Source: an uncultured Acidobacteriota bacterium
Lineage (GTDB): Bacteria > Acidobacteriota > Terriglobia > Terriglobales > Acidobacteriaceae
Direction: 5' to 3'
Length of the DNA: 40,000 nt
Assembly: GCA_963770485.1 (NCBI GenBank)
Contig: CAVYPX010000009.1
Location: 248,081 to 288,080 of the forward strand
Below, piece by piece: positions 34,610-40,000 of the stretch; within the stretch, counting starts at the first letter, position 1, and every line of letters starts with the position of its first letter. The position numbers were made by a program, and so were the translations under genes. The notes beneath the pieces were generated by a model, which was given only the letters and a program-made list of their open reading frames with translations, had not been told where the DNA came from and searched no databases.

Positions 34610-34748
34610 ACCGCGCGCGATTGATTGCGAGCTGCCGCTATACAGGTTTGCGTTCCTGACCGGCCTGCGGATGCTATGATGTCGCATCGTTGACCGTTCC
34701 CGGCGTTACCAGGCGAGCGCGTCTTTCGCCAGAGCGGCCCGCTCTTAC

Positions 34749-35801
34749 ATGCGCATACGACGACGTCTCCCCATCGTTTTGGCCGTCCTGCTGGTGGCAG
34801 CGGCGGTCGCAGTGGTGGTCGTGCTGCGCAAACACGCGCCTCCGGAACCGGCCCGCCTGCTTCCAGGTGCGGATGGTTTCGTATACCTGAATCTGCAATG
34901 GATGCGCCGCGCCAATCTTCTGGGCGAGTTGCCGGCAGTGCCGCACGATCCGGACTACGAGCAATTCATCCAGGCCACGGGATTCGACTTTGAGCGCGAT
35001 CTGGAACAAGTAGCGGTAGCTATTCACTATCCCGCAGGTCCCAAGCCCGCAAGCCCAGAGGACGCAAGGTTCTCCTATGTTTTCGTGGCGAAGATCGACG
35101 GCGAACGCCTTCGCACCTATCTGAAGAAAATCGCGGGCTCGATTGACAGTTACCGCTCCGTCGACATTTACAACATTCCCCTCGAGGGAAGAACGGTCCG
35201 AGTTGCCATTCTTGGCGTGGACACCGTTGCCGCTTCCAATCACGCGGACGCGCAAGTGATCCGCGGAATTGTTGATCGTTCGCGCAAGCTGGCCTCCCCT
35301 TTTGGGGGACCGGCACTCCTTCGGCAGTATTACAAAGAAGTTCCCTTTGCAAGTCTGGGGTGGGCGGTTTTCCGGGTTCAGCCCGAGACAGGTTCTAGTG
35401 TGCCTCCATCAGGACCGAGCGGCTTGGCGTTTCTCTTTCCAAAACCTGCGGTCGTGGTGGCATCCGTCCGCTATCTCGGCGCGGTGCATTTCAAGGCGCA
35501 GGCGTTTACCGGAGGTGAGGATGAGGCTAAACATGTTGTGGATCAGCTCGGCACGTTCCTGAATCTTTTTCACGCCGCGGAAAACACAGTTTCCACGCCG
35601 GGCACGGATGCCGATGTCAAAGCGCTCTTCGACAGCGTGAAAATTGAGCAACAGAAGAATCGCGCTGTGCTGACGGCGACTGTGCCAGTAGGGTTCATCC
35701 GCAAAGCGCTGGCGGAAGCTCCGGCTGAAGTGGCTCCGGAACCGGCACAGCCACAGAGTTCCGCGCCTCCAGCGGGCAATAGAAAGAAGGCTCACAAATA
35801 G
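34749..35801 (+). CDS. hypothetical membrane-anchored protein
   Basis: ATG start. The N-terminus MRIRRRLPIVLAVLLVAAAVAVVVVL is a signal anchor. 350 aa, with no recognised domain. Confidence 0.6.
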   Translation: MRIRRRLPIVLAVLLVAAAVAVVVVLRKHAPPEPARLLPGADGFVYLNLQWMRRANLLGELPAVPHDPDYEQFIQATGFDFERDLEQVAVAIHYPAGPKPASPEDARFSYVFVAKIDGERLRTYLKKIAGSIDSYRSVDIYNIPLEGRTVRVAILGVDTVAASNHADAQVIRGIVDRSRKLASPFGGPALLRQYYKEVPFASLGWAVFRVQPETGSSVPPSGPSGLAFLFPKPAVVVASVRYLGAVHFKAQAFTGGEDEAKHVVDQLGTFLNLFHAAENTVSTPGTDADVKALFDSVKIEQQKNRAVLTATVPVGFIRKALAEAPAEVAPEPAQPQSSAPPAGNRKKAHK

Positions 35802-35970
35802 CGGGGTTACTGCTGATTACCGTAATCCTGGTGTGCGAAAATGAAATACAGCCTGACTGGGCAACTTTTTCAAGATCCGGGCGTCAAATCGATCAAAGGG
35901 CAAATCCGAGGCGTGACGCCAAGTACTTATTCGCGACCATAAACGCGTGCTGCAGGTAGAATAACTCTGA

Positions 35971-36693
35971 ATGACAAGCCTTCCGCTTCCTATCGCGGCC
36001 TTTCTCGCGGGCCTGGTGTCGTTCCTCTCTCCCTGCGTCTTGCCCCTGGTGCCGGGATACGTGTCGCTGATCTCCGGCGTGGGGGTCGAGGAGTTGAAGG
36101 TCCGCGAGTCGCAACTGCTCAGCAAGTTGATGCTGAATTCCATCAGCTTCATCTTCGGCTTCAGCATCGTGTTCATCATGCTGGGTGCCATCTCGACCGA
36201 AGTTGGGCAGCTGATCGCGCGCTACAAGTCGCTGCTGGCACAGGTAGCCGGAGTGGTCATCATTTTGTTCGGGCTGCACTTGACAGGGATCTTCCGGATC
36301 AATGCGCTCTATGCCGACAAACGCCTGCATGGCGTAAAGGGCGGCAGCACGGTGGGCGGAGCGTTCCTGATTGGCTTCGCCTTCGCCTTCGGCTGGACGC
36401 CGTGCGTCGGCCCGATTCTGGCGGTGATCCTGGGTTTCGCCGCGGCGCAGGATTCCGTTCTGAAAGGAATAGCCCTGCTGGCGGTTTATTCCCTGGGTTT
36501 AGCGGTCCCGTTCCTACTAACAGCGCTGGCACTGGAGCGTTTCCTCAAGTTTTACGGGCGGTTCAAAGCATTTATGCATGCCATCGAAGTAGCCAGCGGG
36601 GCATTGCTGATCGCGTTAGGAGTGCTGCTGGTGTTCGGGCGTTTTACCATTCTTTCCAACTACTTGTCTTTCTTGAATCGATTTGCGCTGTGA
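35971..36693 (+). CDS. ccdA: cytochrome c biogenesis / thiol-disulfide transporter CcdA (DsbD beta-like)
   Basis: Both conserved cysteines are present in LSPCVLPLVPGY and GWTPCVGPILA. Polytopic membrane protein of 240 aa. Confidence 0.9.
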   Translation: MTSLPLPIAAFLAGLVSFLSPCVLPLVPGYVSLISGVGVEELKVRESQLLSKLMLNSISFIFGFSIVFIMLGAISTEVGQLIARYKSLLAQVAGVVIILFGLHLTGIFRINALYADKRLHGVKGGSTVGGAFLIGFAFAFGWTPCVGPILAVILGFAAAQDSVLKGIALLAVYSLGLAVPFLLTALALERFLKFYGRFKAFMHAIEVASGALLIALGVLLVFGRFTILSNYLSFLNRFAL

Positions 36694-36705
36694 TGGGAGT
36701 TACTT

Positions 36706-37260
36706 GTGAGACGTGATCCGGTCGTCATCATTGTAATAGCGATGGTGGTTTCTCTGATGCTGGTGTTTGCGTTGAATCTTTCCCGCCACTCAACGCGTGG
36801 AACCGCATCTGGCTTGCAAATGAAGGGCGACGTGGCCCCTGACTTTACTCTGGAATCGCTCGATGGCAGGATGCTTCGGCTTTCGGATTTTCGGGGCAAG
36901 GCAGTGGTGCTCAACTTCTGGGCCACCTGGTGCCAGCCTTGCAAGATCGAGATGCCGTGGTTTGTTGAGCTGCAAAAACAATACGGACCCGACGGGTTGC
37001 AGTTCCTAGGCGTCGCCATGGATGACTCCAGCCCGAAGGATATCGGCGAATTCGCCGGCAGCATGGGCGTGAATTACCCCATCCTCATCGGCAAAGAGGC
37101 CGTGGGCACGGCTTACGGGGGGGTGCAGTTCCTCCCGGAAACGTTCTATATTGACCGCAACGGCAAGGTGGTGGACCGGGCGTTTGGACTGAAGGGCCGG
37201 GGCGAAATCGAAGATGACATTAAAAAGATCCTGGGACCAGGGAAGGTCGCCCAGAAGTGA
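36706..37260 (+). CDS. membrane-anchored TlpA/ResA-like thioredoxin
   Basis: GTG start 7 nt after GGGAG. N-terminal anchor VVIIVIAMVVSLMLVFAL. The active site is WATWCQPC. Confidence 0.88.
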   Translation: MRRDPVVIIVIAMVVSLMLVFALNLSRHSTRGTASGLQMKGDVAPDFTLESLDGRMLRLSDFRGKAVVLNFWATWCQPCKIEMPWFVELQKQYGPDGLQFLGVAMDDSSPKDIGEFAGSMGVNYPILIGKEAVGTAYGGVQFLPETFYIDRNGKVVDRAFGLKGRGEIEDDIKKILGPGKVAQK

Positions 37261-37295
37261 CGCCGGTTTGCGGGGCGCACTGGCGCAAAGCGGAC

Positions 37296-37428
37296 GGTAG
37301 TGGCTCAGTTTGATATGGAAGCGAGCCAAACGCGCGGTTATTGCGTCGCAAAGAACGCGACGCTTCCGTGCGGCTCGCCCAGATCCCTCGCCGCGCAAAG
37401 AACGCTTGCTCGGGATGACAAAACTACC
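37296..37428. mobile_element. family C MITE-like element, second insertion, inverted relative to 15523-15667
   Basis: Starts with GGTAGTGGCTCAGTTTGA. The interior differs from the reverse complement of the first copy at about 7 positions over about 109 bp. One terminal repeat has a 12-bp internal deletion. Flanked by the direct 8-mer AAGCGGAC at 37288-37295 and 37429-37436. Confidence 0.8.
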
Positions 37429-37443
37429 AAGCGGACGAAAACG

Positions 37444-37998
37444 TTGACCCAAATTACAAAACTCGCGTTGCTTTTCCTGCTCATCGCCGCGCCGTTCTTG
37501 ATGACGACGCAGGCGCAGGAATCATTGGGCAAGAAGGCTCCCTCCGTGACGATGTCGCCCCCGCCGGTCACCGCGATACCACGCGGTAAAGCCGGTGCGG
37601 TGGAACTGCAATTTCGGGTCAACTCGGGCTTTCACATCAACTCCAACACACCCTCGGCGGAATACCTGATTCCCACCGCACTCAAGCTGGACCCTCCTAC
37701 CGATATCGTGGTGGGAAAAATCACCTATCCAGCAGGCCAGGAGATGAGTTTCGCCTTCGCTCCCGATGAGAAGCTGAGCGTTTATAGCGGGAGTTTCACG
37801 GTGTCAGTCTCGGTGCGGCCACTGGCCAGTGTGCTGCCGGGAAAGTACGCATTTCGCGGAGAACTGAAATACCAGGCCTGCGACAACGCCCAATGCTTCC
37901 CGCCGAAAAAATTGCCGGTGACGTTTGAAGTGAAGGTGGTGAAGGCTCCGCCGACGCACAAAGGCAATCCCGCGCAAAGCCCGCACGTGCACAGCTAG
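37444..37998 (+). CDS. periplasmic DsbD N-terminal (alpha) domain-like protein
   Basis: The TTG at 37444 gives the signal peptide MTQITKLALLFLLIAAPFLMTTQA. The LKYQACDNAQCFPP cysteine pair is typical of DsbD-alpha/DsbC_N-like domains. The ORF-track start at 37300 lies inside the repeat element. Confidence 0.72.
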   Translation: MTQITKLALLFLLIAAPFLMTTQAQESLGKKAPSVTMSPPPVTAIPRGKAGAVELQFRVNSGFHINSNTPSAEYLIPTALKLDPPTDIVVGKITYPAGQEMSFAFAPDEKLSVYSGSFTVSVSVRPLASVLPGKYAFRGELKYQACDNAQCFPPKKLPVTFEVKVVKAPPTHKGNPAQSPHVHS

Positions 37999-38098
37999 GA
38001 GCCTGGTCTTCGTGCGGAGCCCACGTTAACAGCCACTCCCGCGCGCGGAATTGGACAAGATGCCGGCGGGGCCTAGCGGCGTGCGTTATGCGCGGCGC

Positions 38099-38665
38099 CT
38101 AGGCCAGGAGTTTCTCGAGCGGCTCCCAATAGTGTGCTTTCCATCCCGAAGCCAGGGTTTCCGCCTCGCCCTTAGGAAAACCCGTATGGTCAAATACGAT
38201 TTTGGTTCCGGAGCTTTGCTCCACGAGTTCGAATTTCGCAATCGAATAGACGCCCGGGGCCCAGTTGCCCGCTCGCCAGGCCTGCACGATGCGCTCGTTC
38301 GGCACCAGTTCGACGTGTCGTCCCGTGATATGCCCGCCGAAGAGCGTGAACGCGCCTCCCACTTTACGACTGATCTCGGTGCGTTTGTCTCCCAGGTGCA
38401 TGGACTGCATGACTCCACTGAGCTGTATGACCTTGTCGAACTGTTTGGCGTCAGTAAGCGCTTCGTAGACGCGCTTCGGGCTCGCTTTGAAAACAGGCTC
38501 TTGGTGAATGGCTTCCGCCGTACGAGAAATCTCCTCCTCGGTTCCCGCCCAAGCCTCACTTGAGCCCAGGACTAAACCACCGAATGCCATCGCCACACCG
38601 GCGATGGCTTGCCGCCGCGTGGGCGCAGTGGCTGGCACTGCCAAGTCATTTCTATCGCTCATCAT
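38099..38665 (-). CDS. Tat-exported SRPBCC (Aha1/START-like) domain protein
   Basis: GGAGG lies upstream of the ATG. Twin-arginine signal TRRQAIAGVAMAFGGLVLGSSEAWA. The remainder resembles Aha1-type SRPBCC proteins (GGAFTLFGGHITGRHVELVPNERIVQAWR). Confidence 0.72.
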   Translation of the reverse strand: MMSDRNDLAVPATAPTRRQAIAGVAMAFGGLVLGSSEAWAGTEEEISRTAEAIHQEPVFKASPKRVYEALTDAKQFDKVIQLSGVMQSMHLGDKRTEISRKVGGAFTLFGGHITGRHVELVPNERIVQAWRAGNWAPGVYSIAKFELVEQSSGTKIVFDHTGFPKGEAETLASGWKAHYWEPLEKLLA

Positions 38666-38715
38666 CGTCCTCCAGGATTCTTGCCTTCAAGCGTCACCGC
38701 ATCAGAGCATCGCAC

Positions 38716-38741
38716 GAAAATATGTTCAAGATAATATTTTC
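38716..38741. promoter_or_regulatory. candidate TetR operator (inverted repeat) in the divergent promoter region
   Basis: GAAAATAT (38716-38723) and ATATTTTC (38734-38741) are perfect 8-bp inverted repeats separated by 10 nt. They lie between the divergent SRPBCC and tetR genes. Confidence 0.3.
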
Positions 38742-38792
38742 TTAGGCAGGTGAGCCCGCTTCGAGGCATACTTCAAAGAACTAGGAGGCCTC

Positions 38793-39437
38793 ATGCCTTA
38801 CCCCGCTGGTCATCGCGCAGCAGTAAAGAAAAACATCATCGACAGTGCACGCAAGCTGTTCAATCGGCATGGCTTTGAGAGTGTCTCTCTCAGCCAGATC
38901 ATGGCCGGTGCGGGGCTGACGCACGGTGGATTCTACAGCTATTTCCAAAGCAAGAGCGATCTGTATGCCGAGGTATTAGGGTGCTTCTTCACCGACCCGC
39001 AGTGGAAAAGCTGCTGGGAGGGTGTGCATGTGGATCTATCATCGACCGACGTCGGGTCGCAAGTCGTCCGCGCCTATCTGTCCCGCCAGCATTTCGAGGA
39101 CGTCGAGAACTCCTGCCCCATGGTCGCATTGCCGACTGATGTCGCCCGTAGCGGCGTAACTGCGAAACGCGCCTTCGAGACCGTGTTCAAAGCAATGGTA
39201 AGCGTCTTGGAGCGGAGTTTAGTCCAGGATGGACGGCGTCGCCGCGCCACAGCCCAGAGCATAGCTGCCTTGTCCATAGGAGGCATGGTTGTGGCCAGGA
39301 CCATGGTCGACCGTGCTCTTGCGGATCAATTGCGCGCGGCATGCATGGCGGTCGCCCTGGATCTTGGCGGCTGGAACAAAAAGAGCAAGTCGAAAAACGG
39401 CAAATCCAAGCGATCCCGGCCTCTCCGCGTGGCATAG
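38793..39437 (+). CDS. TetR/AcrR family transcriptional regulator
   Basis: AGGAGG lies upstream of the ATG. N-terminal helix-turn-helix FESVSLSQIMAGAGLTHGGFYSYFQSKSDLY. Confidence 0.88.
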   Translation: MPYPAGHRAAVKKNIIDSARKLFNRHGFESVSLSQIMAGAGLTHGGFYSYFQSKSDLYAEVLGCFFTDPQWKSCWEGVHVDLSSTDVGSQVVRAYLSRQHFEDVENSCPMVALPTDVARSGVTAKRAFETVFKAMVSVLERSLVQDGRRRRATAQSIAALSIGGMVVARTMVDRALADQLRAACMAVALDLGGWNKKSKSKNGKSKRSRPLRVA

Positions 39438-39546
39438 CAATCAGTTCCAGCGGAGGTGATGCAGCTCACGCAGATGCGGTTTGCTTCTTGGCCCTGGTGA
39501 TTGCGCGCGAATCACTCGGGCGCACCCGCCAGGGAGGCGCGGGCTG

Positions 39547-39999
39547 CTAGTGAGATCCCGGCGGCGCTTCCCAGCAGTGCAAATAGGCTGGAGTGATAAC
39601 GGACGGAATCATCCTGCCTTCGAACATCCGTTTGTGGTTCGCCTCCGCCGCATCCGCAGCTTTGATCAATTCGAAGGTGAACGTGTTGATCGTACCGTCG
39701 CGATCAATGACCAGCGTCATCGTGGCGGGCTTCGGACTGCTGAAGAGCCGCTCCAGTTCCGCCATCGACTTTCCACGCGGGTTAACGCCGTTCACGGAGA
39801 CGATCGCGTCACCGTAGTGCACTCCGGCTACTCGCGCGGGGCCGTCCTCTATACCGCCGATCTCCATAGCCTTCGGCTCTTTCCAGACGAATATCTCGAA
39901 GCCCGGATAGTAGAGTTCGAGATTCGCCGGATAATGCTGTATCGGAAAAACCTTTTCGCTCGGTGGCGGTTCGGCAGGGTGTTTGCTTACTCGCTGCAT
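39547..39999 (-). CDS. PDZ domain protein; may continue beyond the window edge
   Basis: PDZ-like segment IEDGPARVAGVHYGDAIVSVNGVNPRGKSMAELERLF. The ATG at 39999 is one base from the window end, so the true start cannot be judged. Confidence 0.55.
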   Translation of the reverse strand: MQRVSKHPAEPPPSEKVFPIQHYPANLELYYPGFEIFVWKEPKAMEIGGIEDGPARVAGVHYGDAIVSVNGVNPRGKSMAELERLFSSPKPATMTLVIDRDGTINTFTFELIKAADAAEANHKRMFEGRMIPSVITPAYLHCWEAPPGSH

Positions 40000-40000
40000 C

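Overview
This is a roughly 60% GC bacterial chromosomal segment. Gene content and repeat style suggest Acidobacteriota, but that is only a guess. It is dominated by housekeeping genes, mostly on the minus strand. In order these are panB (3' end), panC, mpg, bcp, a tonB-exbB-exbD-exbD-TPR lipoprotein operon, secD-secF, yajC, tgt, pilT, thrS, an ACE-like M2 peptidase, plsC, folC, accD, cobO, rlmH, rsfS, nadD, obg, rpmA and rplU. Other content includes a hybrid histidine kinase-REC-PilZ gene, a three-gene split-DsbD-like thiol reductant cluster (ccdA, tlpA-like, DsbD-alpha-like), and a divergent TetR / Tat-exported SRPBCC pair. By eye I found no rRNA, tRNA, CRISPR array, prophage, transposase or recognisable defence island. 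I do not see a discrete novel multigene system. What the gene list leaves unexplained is a dense noncoding repeat layer with four parts. (1) A 145-bp MITE-like element has perfect 18-bp terminal inverted repeats and 8-bp target-site duplications: two insertions, plus one truncated copy that supplies the last codons and stop of obg. (2) A roughly 135-bp palindromic element family has one copy sitting in frame inside tgt, adding about 46 codons. (3) A TGTCATCCCGAGCGAAGCGAGGGATC-type palindromic family shares sequence modules with the other two. (4) Imperfect inverted repeats built from short tandem words fill intra-operon spacers. A 560-bp ORF-free spacer between convergent genes has nested stems and might encode an RNA. 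All calls come from reading the sequence and from remembered family motifs; no searches were run.
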